Assembly: GCA_036262515.1 (NCBI GenBank) | Contig: DATAIT010000031.1 | Span: 8,678 to 72,677 of the forward strand | Source of the DNA: Acidimicrobiales bacterium | Lineage (GTDB): Bacteria > Actinomycetota > Acidimicrobiia > Acidimicrobiales > GCA-2861595 | DNA: 64,000 nt | Direction of reading: 5' to 3' | In this document: one piece after another, positions 8,745 through 16,352 of the stretch | How positions within the stretch are numbered: the first letter of the stretch is position 1 | How the letters are laid out: each line of letters starts with the position of its first letter | Notes under the pieces: model-generated | Seen by the model: the letters and a program-made list of their open reading frames with translations, nothing else | Database searches by the model: none | What the model was told of the DNA's origin: nothing | Position numbers and translations under genes: made by a program

Positions 8745-8864
8745 CTTCTAGTCGATGGGCAGGTTCTCGACGGAGACTCCTGGGAGCGTGCCGCGAATCG
8801 CCGCGCGGGAACCAGCATCGACGGACCAGAGGACGCCGTCGAACCAGCGCCGTAGGGTGCTGCC
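8745..8864. promoter_or_regulatory. divergent intergenic region between the CHAT-TIR operon and the SLOG-like gene, with repeat elements
   Basis: 120-bp non-coding gap bounded by in-frame stops at 8748-8750 and 8853-8855. It contains the inverted repeat TCGACGG (8818-8824) / CCGTCGA (8836-8842), flanked by direct repeats GAACCAGC (8809-8816 and 8841-8848). A third TCGACGG lies at 8767-8773. No -10/-35 assignment attempted. Confidence 0.3.
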
Positions 8865-9464
8865 GTGCCGGGCGCACCTCCGACCGACCCGCGTGCGAGC
8901 TTCGATCGGGTGGTGGTCGCCGGCGGTCACATGGTCGACCGTCCCGACCGCCCTGCGCCGCGGTTCCCGGCGGGATCCGAAGGCACCGTCACCAGCGCCA
9001 TCGGCTCGACACTCGACCGCTGGGTCACCGGACGGGGAACCTTGATCGTCTGCGGCGGCGCCCGCGGGGCCGACATCATCGCCGCCGAGCAGGGGCTGGC
9101 GCGCGGTGCCGACGCATGGCTGCTCATCGCCATCCCGGAGGCCGACCACCTCGCCGGCTCGGTGGAGCTGCCCGGCACCGACTGGGCGGACCGGTACCGC
9201 AACCTCCGCCGCCGCTGCCCGACCTGGTTCCAGGACGATGAGCTGCCACCCCTCCAGCCGGGCGAGGACCCCTTCGAGCGCAACAACGAGTGGAGCCTGC
9301 GGGTCGGGATCGCCCAGGCGCCGCCCCACCAGCTGTTCGTCCTCGCCGTCTGGGACGGCGCCGGCGCCGACGGCCCCGGGGGCACCTCCCACCTGCTCGA
9401 GCGCGCGCGCGCCGCCGGAGCGACGGTGGAGACCATCCACCCGCGGACCGGCACCGCGAGCTGA
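8865..9464 (+). CDS. LOG/DprA-like (SLOG superfamily) Rossmannoid protein, uncharacterised
   Basis: GTG 8865 is the first possible start after the in-frame TAG at 8853. Two signature loops of the LOG/SLOG fold are present: LIVCGGARGADIIAAE (GGARGAD = 9054-9074) and DGPGGTSHLLERA (PGGTSHLLE = 9375-9401, like PGGxGTxxE). GC3-rich codons. Confidence 0.6.
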   Translation: MPGAPPTDPRASFDRVVVAGGHMVDRPDRPAPRFPAGSEGTVTSAIGSTLDRWVTGRGTLIVCGGARGADIIAAEQGLARGADAWLLIAIPEADHLAGSVELPGTDWADRYRNLRRRCPTWFQDDELPPLQPGEDPFERNNEWSLRVGIAQAPPHQLFVLAVWDGAGADGPGGTSHLLERARAAGATVETIHPRTGTAS

Positions 9465-9522
9465 GCAGCAGGAGTCAGCCTAGCCCGACCTCGCCGAACT
9501 GCTCGCCCTCTGTGAGGACGGC

Positions 9523-9568
9523 AAGATGCGCTATATGCATCCGGAATCCGGATGTTTCAGCGCATCTT
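9523..9568. terminator. nested AT-rich hairpin between the convergent SLOG-like and caspase genes
   Basis: Outer 9-bp stem AAGATGCGC (9523-9531) / GCGCATCTT (9560-9568). It encloses an inner 7-bp stem CATCCGG (9538-9544) / CCGGATG (9548-9554) with loop AAT. This is locally the most AT-rich stretch in the area (CTATATGCAT). Confidence 0.4.
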
Positions 9569-9611
9569 CCGACCGAAGGTTTGCGCCCGGTCCCTCGCTC
9601 GGAGGGTGGGC

Positions 9612-12188
9612 TCAGCTCGGATCCAGGTCCACCACCTCGTAGGCGAACGACATGTCCTGGGCGTGCACGAATCCGTCGACCGGATGGCGCCCGATCCGGC
9701 CTGGCGCGGCACCGGCACCGAAGCGCTGATGGGGAAGAAGCGACGTCCGGTACACGCCGACGCTCGCCCCCTGGGCCGCGGCGACGATCCGATCGCCGGT
9801 GCGGACGACGGCCGCCACGGCGGCGGCCGATCCCGCTATCACGGCCGCCTGCGGCGCAGCCGCGGCCAGACCGGCGAGCGTGGCCACGGCCCCCTCGAGA
9901 TCGACGCTGCTGGCCTCGGCGACCAGGAGATCGGCGAGATCGGCCTGGCGCCCGTCGTCCTTGCCCAGCCAGATGGCGATGTCGACGAACCGCCCGACGG
10001 GGCCCTCGAAGAGGAGGAGGTCGTCGAACGGGAGCCGGTCGCCGTCCCTGGCCCGATCGATGCGCGCCGTGGCCGCCGTGTACGGCTCACCGGAGCCCTC
10101 CGGCGGCACCGTGACCACCAGGGCGTCGAGCCGCACGGCCGCCGCCAACAGAGAGCGCGTGCTGTGGACGCTGACCTCCTTCAGCCGCACGGCCACCCGA
10201 CTCGGGGCGCCGACCGCCCGAGGGACCACCAGCCGGAACGACGGGTCCGGGCGTTCGTCCACCTCGAAGTGCGGCTCGTCGACCTCACCACCGCGCTGCT
10301 CTGCGTGGAACACGAAGTCGAGGTGGTGGACGCGGTAGCGCGTGGGAACCGTCTGCTCCGTCGGCCGGGCGTCGCGGCGGCCCGTGTCGAGGTCCCGGAT
10401 GAGGCGTCCCAGCGAGGACGCCGGTTCGCCGCCGACGCCTCCGGCCTCCCGCGACCGCACGCCGGTCTGCTCGAGCCGCTCGAGCCCGTCCACCTTCGCG
10501 TCCGCCACGATGGTGACCATCGTCTCCGGGCGGGGTGCGCCGGCGGGGACGTCGTCGGGCCAGAACAGCTCGATCCCGTCGAGCCGTCCGGCCAGATCCT
10601 CTCCCAGCGTGTAGCGCTCGCCGGGCTCGAGCGTCACCCCGGCGGGCTCCGAGGCCGTCTGGACCGAGACGGCGCCCGACACCCCGACGTCGAGGACGCT
10701 GACGTACCTCCTCTCGGCCGACCCATTGCCGAAGCGGATGACGAGCCGGTCGCCGCCGAACAGGTGCTCCCCCGAACGGTCGAGCTCGGCTTCGCCGCCT
10801 CCGGGGAGAAGGCGGGCGTACGACACCTCGACCTCGTCAGGCAGGCCGGCCGGGCCGGCGCCCGACGCCAGCTCGCGCACATGGGTGGCCCGTGCCAGCT
10901 TCCGCAGGTCGTCTGCGACGAGGGTCAGCGCGCCGGGGCTCACCGGGCGTGGCGCGGTTCCGAGTGGCTGGCCGCCGGCGTCGAGGACGAGCATCCCGTT
11001 GTCATCGAGCTGGACGGTGGCCACTACCCCCGTCGGGCGTTCGGTGACGCGGACGTGGGTCGACCCACGAAGGGCGGCGGCGACACGGACCCGCTCGGGG
11101 TGGTCCAGCGGGAGGATCGCCACGGGGCGCGCACCGAGGGCGACGTCGACCGGATGGGCCGACGCCCCTGTGGGCAGTGCATCGAGGGCGATTCCCCGGA
11201 GGGCGAGCCGGGCCCGATCGCCCACGATCCGTTCGACGACCGCCGTGGCCAGGGGGTGCCGGCGGTCGCCCGACGGGCCGACGATGTCGTAGGTGTCGCC
11301 CTCGCTCATCCCGAGCAGCACGGCGCCCTCGAGCACGGCCGCCCCGCCGTCCACCACGACCGGGAGCACGCCGGTGTCGTCGCAGGTCTCCGTGGTGAAC
11401 AGAAGCCTGTTGGCCGGTCCTTCGAGCTCCGGTCGCTGCTGCGGCACGACGTCCATGACCGCGGGGCGCACCAGGTCGAGCACGGCACGCCAGGTGAGCG
11501 CCCCCGCCTGCCCGCTGGTGAGGATCGGCACGAGGGTGCTCGTCAGAGCCCCGTGCGACCCGCCGAGTGCGGTGGAGGCCAGCTCGTAGGCGCTCTCGTC
11601 GGGCGAGCACGCCACCACGCGCACGGCGAGGCGGTTGGCGTCGCCCGCGGCCAGGTCGGCTCTCGGGTCGGCACGAAGGGCCGAGAGGCGGCGCCCGACA
11701 TCGTCCCACGGGAAGGCGCCTCGCCGGTCGTCGGCCTTCGGCAGCATGGCGGGATCGCGGGACATGCGGGCCGAGTGGCAGCAGTCGAGGATGCTGGTCA
11801 CGTTGGGCGACCGCTCGGTGAGCTCGAGCTGCAGCAGACTCAGCTCCTGAGCGAGCAGGCCGCGGAAACGGCCGTTCGAGTGGTCGTCGACATCGGTGGG
11901 CACCAGGAACTGCAACCACTGCGGCTGCGCAGGATCCGACTCGACCAGCGGGTTGCGCTGGCGGCCACCGTGGCCGGAGTAATAGACGGCGGCCGCGTCG
12001 TCGCTCGCCGTGTCGTCGATGAGCCCGCGATAGCGCTCGACGATCCCGTCGTACGTCGCCTCCCGCTCGATCGCCCGGGTGACGGTGAACCCGAGCGAGG
12101 TCAACGCGTCGGCCACTACCTCGACGTCGCCGTGCACGCCGCGCAGCCCGCCGGTCTGGCTGCCGATCACGAGCGCACGCCTGGCCAT
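9612..12188 (-). CDS. caspase-fold (peptidase C14) protein with a ~600-aa uncharacterised C-terminal extension
   Basis: ATG 12188 follows GGGGAGG. N-terminal C14 core: RRALVIGSQ, AAVYYSGHGG (His73, 11970-11972), SILDCCHSA (Cys136/137, 11778-11783). The remaining ~600 aa have no TM segment and no recognised motif. Confidence 0.9.
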   Translation of the reverse strand: MARRALVIGSQTGGLRGVHGDVEVVADALTSLGFTVTRAIEREATYDGIVERYRGLIDDTASDDAAAVYYSGHGGRQRNPLVESDPAQPQWLQFLVPTDVDDHSNGRFRGLLAQELSLLQLELTERSPNVTSILDCCHSARMSRDPAMLPKADDRRGAFPWDDVGRRLSALRADPRADLAAGDANRLAVRVVACSPDESAYELASTALGGSHGALTSTLVPILTSGQAGALTWRAVLDLVRPAVMDVVPQQRPELEGPANRLLFTTETCDDTGVLPVVVDGGAAVLEGAVLLGMSEGDTYDIVGPSGDRRHPLATAVVERIVGDRARLALRGIALDALPTGASAHPVDVALGARPVAILPLDHPERVRVAAALRGSTHVRVTERPTGVVATVQLDDNGMLVLDAGGQPLGTAPRPVSPGALTLVADDLRKLARATHVRELASGAGPAGLPDEVEVSYARLLPGGGEAELDRSGEHLFGGDRLVIRFGNGSAERRYVSVLDVGVSGAVSVQTASEPAGVTLEPGERYTLGEDLAGRLDGIELFWPDDVPAGAPRPETMVTIVADAKVDGLERLEQTGVRSREAGGVGGEPASSLGRLIRDLDTGRRDARPTEQTVPTRYRVHHLDFVFHAEQRGGEVDEPHFEVDERPDPSFRLVVPRAVGAPSRVAVRLKEVSVHSTRSLLAAAVRLDALVVTVPPEGSGEPYTAATARIDRARDGDRLPFDDLLLFEGPVGRFVDIAIWLGKDDGRQADLADLLVAEASSVDLEGAVATLAGLAAAAPQAAVIAGSAAAVAAVVRTGDRIVAAAQGASVGVYRTSLLPHQRFGAGAAPGRIGRHPVDGFVHAQDMSFAYEVVDLDPS

Positions 12189-12225
12189 GTCGCCTCCCCG
12201 AGCCGTTGCCCGAGCCTTGCACGCC

Positions 12226-12248
12226 GCCGCCGGTCAGGGTCCGGCGGC
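12226..12248. terminator. hairpin downstream of galT / upstream of the caspase gene
   Basis: 8-bp inverted repeat GCCGCCGG (12226-12233) / CCGGCGGC (12241-12248) with a 7-nt loop, in the 82-bp gap between the galT stop and the caspase start. No U-tract. Confidence 0.35.
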
Positions 12249-12270
12249 TCGCTGCCCCGGGGCCCGGTGG

Positions 12271-13254
12271 TCAGGATCGTCCCGGCACGACGGCCCGTAG
12301 GTGCTCGGCCGCGTCCTCCGGGGTCACGTCGTTGAGGAAGGCGCCGGCGCCGAGCTCCGAGCCGGCCAGGTACTTGAGCTTGGTTGCACTGCGGTGGGGC
12401 GGCGTGAACTCGATGTGGAAGTGGCTCACCGGCTGCCACTGGCCGTCGTCCGTCGGCGCCTGGTGCACGACCATCACGTAGGGCATGGAGAAGCCGAACA
12501 GCCCGTCGTAGGCGCGCAGCACCGACGCCAGCAGGTCGGCCAGGGCGGCCCGCTCGGGGTCACCGAGGTCGAGCAGGCTGGGGGCGTGGCGGCGGGCGGT
12601 GACGTGCACCTCGTAGGGGTACCGGGCCGCGAAAGGCACGAAGGCCAGGAAGCCGGCGTTCTCGTCCACGACCCGCACGCCGTCGGAGCGCTCCTTGGCC
12701 ACCACGTCGCAGTGCACGCAGGTGCCCCGCGCCGCGAGGTGGGCCCGGGCGGTGAGGAGCTCGAGCAGCGGCCGGGGTGGGATCTCGGGATAGCCGTAGA
12801 TCTGCCCGTGCGGGTGGTGGAGGGTCACGCCCATGGCCTCGCCCTTGTTCTCGAACACGAGCACGTAGGCGACCTCGTCGCGGTTGCCGAGCCGCTCGTA
12901 GCGGTCGGCCCACACCTCGACAAGCCGCCGGATCCCCGGCGCCCCCAGGTCGGCCAGCGTGCTGGTGTGGTCGTCGGAGTAGACCACCACCTCGGTGGCA
13001 CCGAAAGCCGGGGCCACCCGGTACAGCGCGCCGTCCACGTCCAGGGGGGGCGGCGGCTCCGCCATCAGCGCAGGAAACCGGTTGTCGAACACCACGACCT
13101 CGTAGGCCGGCCTCGGCACCTCGGTGAGCGGGAACCCTGGTCTTGTCGGGCACAGCGGGCAGTGCTCCGACGTGGGCAGGAACGTGCGGTCCTGGCGGGC
13201 GCTGGAGATCGTCGTCCACTGGCCCGTCGTCGGGTCGAGCCGCCGCTCGTTCAC
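12271..13254 (-). CDS. galT: galactose-1-phosphate uridylyltransferase
   Basis: C-terminal 327 aa of ORF 12271-14184. GTG 13254 overlaps the GH2 stop (GTGA). Motifs: EHCPLCP zinc motif, VFENKGEAMGVTLHHPHGQIYGYP (HPHGQ active site), HFHIEFTPP. Confidence 0.9.
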   Translation of the reverse strand: MNERRLDPTTGQWTTISSARQDRTFLPTSEHCPLCPTRPGFPLTEVPRPAYEVVVFDNRFPALMAEPPPPLDVDGALYRVAPAFGATEVVVYSDDHTSTLADLGAPGIRRLVEVWADRYERLGNRDEVAYVLVFENKGEAMGVTLHHPHGQIYGYPEIPPRPLLELLTARAHLAARGTCVHCDVVAKERSDGVRVVDENAGFLAFVPFAARYPYEVHVTARRHAPSLLDLGDPERAALADLLASVLRAYDGLFGFSMPYVMVVHQAPTDDGQWQPVSHFHIEFTPPHRSATKLKYLAGSELGAGAFLNDVTPEDAAEHLRAVVPGRS

Positions 13255-16052
13255 CGGTCCCACCCGGGCGGGAACGAGTAGTACGTGAGGCTGCGGCCGT
13301 CGTCCTTGGTGTGGACCTCGGCGCCCATGACGCCCCTCGGGTCCGCCGCCCATCGGACGAGATCCGCCAGCAGTGCCCGCGCCGCCGCGTCGCCGGCGAC
13401 GGCGCGCCTCGTGAGGCGGTACTGGCACAGCACCAGGCGGCCCGCTCCCACCTGGTGGCTGCCCACCACGGTGGCGGTGAGGGCGCCGGGCACGGGCTTG
13501 TAGGCGATCACCACCGGGAGGTCCGGGAACGTCCGCCCGTCGATGCCGGACACGACCGTTGTCGCGGCAATGGTGGAGTCCTCGGCCACCAGCAGCGCCC
13601 GGCGGGGTAGCGACGGCAGCGCCCCGCTGGTCGTGGTGAAGTGGAACACGGTCGACCCCCACGCCGTCTCCACCGGCTCGAGCGACACCGGGAGGGGGAA
13701 TCGGCCGGCCGCTTCGGGGCGCTGGGCCAGGACGACCACCGTGTCCCCTGCCGAGAGCCGGGCCCGCACGCCGGCGGCGGCGGCAGGATCGTCGAGAGCG
13801 CCCTCGGCCACGAACGTCGGCCCTTCGCTTCCGACCCGGGCCCCGACCGCCGACAGTGCGTCGGCGAGTGTGCGGTCGCCGACCGCCCGTACGGCCAACG
13901 GCGCGTGCGGTGCGGCGACCACGTGGATGGGATACCGGTTCGCGGCCACGGTCCGGCCACCCGAGCGCAGCGTGACCACGAGATCGTGGCTGCCCGTGGC
14001 CTCCGGGGCGACGAGCGCGGCGGTGCCAACTCCCGCCGCACGCCAACCGGGCACGTCCCCAACCCTGACGGCCGACATCGACTCGTTGAACCGGGCCATC
14101 ACCCGCTCGGCCGGCAGGACACTGGCATCCACGCGGCCGAGCTCCTCGACGCTCTGGGTCGGCTCGGCGTCCCCGAAGCGGCACTCGACGACCACGTCGG
14201 CCAGCGGCGGGCCGTCGTTGGCGACGTGGACCGGCGCGCGCACGAGGTCGCCCGCCACCACGACCAGGCTGTCGAGGTGCAGCATCGGGAGCACGACCTG
14301 GTTCGCCCGGGCCATCTCGGCCACCGCCATCGGCTTGGGCCGGCGGTGCAGGTCCAGGAGGCCGTTGAGCTCGGCCGGCACGTCGGTGAGCTCGGTGAGG
14401 CAGTACCCGCCGATCGAGTCATGGCGGCGGAACACCTCGGCCTGGAGCCGATCCGAGAGGCCCTGGTACCGCTGCGTCTCGACCACGAAGCGGGCCACCG
14501 TCGCCGGCCACGAGGCGGCCGTCAGCCCGGCCGCGTAGCCGGCCCTCGTGTCCCAGAACGGGGGCTCGGCCAGCAGCGGCATGTCGGGGAGGCCCCAGTC
14601 GCCGAACTCGGTGACGAACAGCGGCCTCCCCACGCCGTCCCACTCGGTGCACGACGCCTCGATCTTGTCGAGGTAGTCGGCGTGCAGGCGGCCGTACCAA
14701 TGGGCGGTGAGGATCCGGGCGGCGTGCACCCGCCCGGGGTCAGGCTCCACCCAGTCGTTCTCGATCACGGGGCGGGTGGGGTCGGCGGCGGTGACCGCCG
14801 CCACCATCGTGCGGGCGAAATCGGCATAGCCGGGCCAGTCGCGCGCCTCGATGCGGTCGACGCCCACCTCGTTCATCGCCGACCACAGGATCACGCTCGG
14901 GTGGTTTCGGTCCCGGCGGACCTGCTCGGTGGCGGCCCGCACGCACCGCCGGGCCAGCGCCGTGTCGCCTCCCAGCTCCTCGTGGGCGATGGGCTCGGCC
15001 ACGGGGATGTCGCAGTGCAGGAGCATGCCGAGCTCGTCGCACACGTCGAGGTACGCCGGATCGAACGCCTTGATGTGGAGGCGAAGGGTGTTGAAGCCCA
15101 TCGCCAGCGCCGCCCGCACCTCCTCCTCGATGGCGCCGCGGTCGCCCTCGGCGTACAGCTCGCCGGCCCGGAAGCCCTGCACCAGGGCGCTCTTCATCCG
15201 GTACGGCTCTCCCTCGACGACCAGCCGCGTCCCGTCGACGCGGACGCGGCGCAGACCGAACCGCACGGCCCGGGCGTCGCTCACCACGCCGTCGGTCCGC
15301 GCCTCCACCAGGCACTCGTGGAGCACGGGGCAGGAGGGCGTCCACCGGGCGGCCGGCGTGGCACCGAGGGAGACCTCGACGATCGCCGTCTCGCCCGGTT
15401 CCAGGCGCGCCTCCACGTCGACGGCAGCGCCGACGGCGTGCACCCCGACCCGGACGCGACGGGGTGACGCCGACCGGTTCTCCACCTCGACGGCCACCAC
15501 GAGGTCGTCGGCGTCGCCGTTGACGAACGCGTCGGCCACGACGACGGGACCGTGCCGGCGCAGGCTCACCGGCTGCCAGATCCCGCCGTACGTCATGTAC
15601 AGGCTGGGCGGGCTGGGGAAGACGTGGTTCGCCCATCCCTGCTTCCCGTGCGGCAGCCGGGCGTGCTCGGGATCGCCCACCGCGGGGTCGGTGACCTTGA
15701 CGGCGAGCTCGTTCGGTCCGGCGCGCAGCACCTGCGTGGCGTCCAGCTCGAACGGCGTGAAGGGGCTGTCGTGGGTGCCGAGGGCCTGGCCGTTGAGGAA
15801 CACGTCGGCGATGTCCATCACGGCGCCGAATCGCAGCGTCCAGAAGCCGGCCAGGTCGTCCACCGCGAACGTGCGTCGGTACCACGCCACCCCGTCGAGC
15901 GCCAGGCGGCCCTGCGCCTCCCACAGGCGGGGCACGTCGATCGACTCGGGTTGCATCGACCCGAGCTCCGACAATGCGTGGTCACCGGGATGGAAGTCCC
16001 AGCGCCCGTCCAGCGACGCGGTCCCGTGCTCGTCGAACACCAGGGACCCCAT
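13251..16052 (-). CDS. glycoside hydrolase family 2 protein (beta-galactosidase/beta-mannosidase-like)
   Basis: Starts at the MGSLVFDEHG ATG at 16052 inside ORF 13251-17168. Motifs: sugar-binding domain WYRRTF...VFLNGQALG, TIM-barrel RDRNHPSVILWSAMNE (acid/base), LFVTEFGDWG (nucleophile). Confidence 0.85.
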   Translation of the reverse strand: MGSLVFDEHGTASLDGRWDFHPGDHALSELGSMQPESIDVPRLWEAQGRLALDGVAWYRRTFAVDDLAGFWTLRFGAVMDIADVFLNGQALGTHDSPFTPFELDATQVLRAGPNELAVKVTDPAVGDPEHARLPHGKQGWANHVFPSPPSLYMTYGGIWQPVSLRRHGPVVVADAFVNGDADDLVVAVEVENRSASPRRVRVGVHAVGAAVDVEARLEPGETAIVEVSLGATPAARWTPSCPVLHECLVEARTDGVVSDARAVRFGLRRVRVDGTRLVVEGEPYRMKSALVQGFRAGELYAEGDRGAIEEEVRAALAMGFNTLRLHIKAFDPAYLDVCDELGMLLHCDIPVAEPIAHEELGGDTALARRCVRAATEQVRRDRNHPSVILWSAMNEVGVDRIEARDWPGYADFARTMVAAVTAADPTRPVIENDWVEPDPGRVHAARILTAHWYGRLHADYLDKIEASCTEWDGVGRPLFVTEFGDWGLPDMPLLAEPPFWDTRAGYAAGLTAASWPATVARFVVETQRYQGLSDRLQAEVFRRHDSIGGYCLTELTDVPAELNGLLDLHRRPKPMAVAEMARANQVVLPMLHLDSLVVVAGDLVRAPVHVANDGPPLADVVVECRFGDAEPTQSVEELGRVDASVLPAERVMARFNESMSAVRVGDVPGWRAAGVGTAALVAPEATGSHDLVVTLRSGGRTVAANRYPIHVVAAPHAPLAVRAVGDRTLADALSAVGARVGSEGPTFVAEGALDDPAAAAGVRARLSAGDTVVVLAQRPEAAGRFPLPVSLEPVETAWGSTVFHFTTTSGALPSLPRRALLVAEDSTIAATTVVSGIDGRTFPDLPVVIAYKPVPGALTATVVGSHQVGAGRLVLCQYRLTRRAVAGDAAARALLADLVRWAADPRGVMGAEVHTKDDGRSLTYYSFPPGWDR

Positions 16053-16352
16053 GTCGCTCAGTATCGCCGGTCGGCCTGGCACAGGCGCCGAGGCCGCCCC
16101 CCTCCTTCTTCGTCCGCGACACGACACGCGATGTCGCGTCGCCGGCGGCGAAGCGCCGGACTCGCGCTGGTTCGGACGCCGCCACTTGGGGAAGGTCGTT
16201 GAGGGCAGTCGATGCCCGCGCCACCGGGACGCGGGCCGGTGGTCCGGGCGTGACCACAGCCGAGGACGGAGAGCCGACGTGACGGACGAGATGCAGCGCG
16301 AGCGCAACCCCCTCGCTGTGGATGCAGACGTCCCCCGCTCCCACGTTCCCGG

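Noticed and set aside
5886-8855. 989-aa plus-strand ORF covering the whole CHAT gene
   Set aside because: It is the mirror-strand ORF of a gene with clear CHAT motifs. Its translation is an Arg/Gly/Pro/Ala-rich string with no motif. Long stop-free antisense frames are expected at this GC content.
8748-9440. 230-aa minus-strand ORF opposite the SLOG-like gene
   Set aside because: The plus-strand frame carries both LOG/SLOG glycine loops in the correct order. The minus-strand product is Gly/Ala/Arg-rich without motifs. Some residual uncertainty is reflected in the 0.6 confidence for the plus-strand call.
9552-12335. 927-aa plus-strand ORF opposite the caspase gene
   Set aside because: Same reasoning. 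The caspase dyad and an RBS support the minus strand, and the plus-strand product is low-complexity and Arg/Gly-rich.
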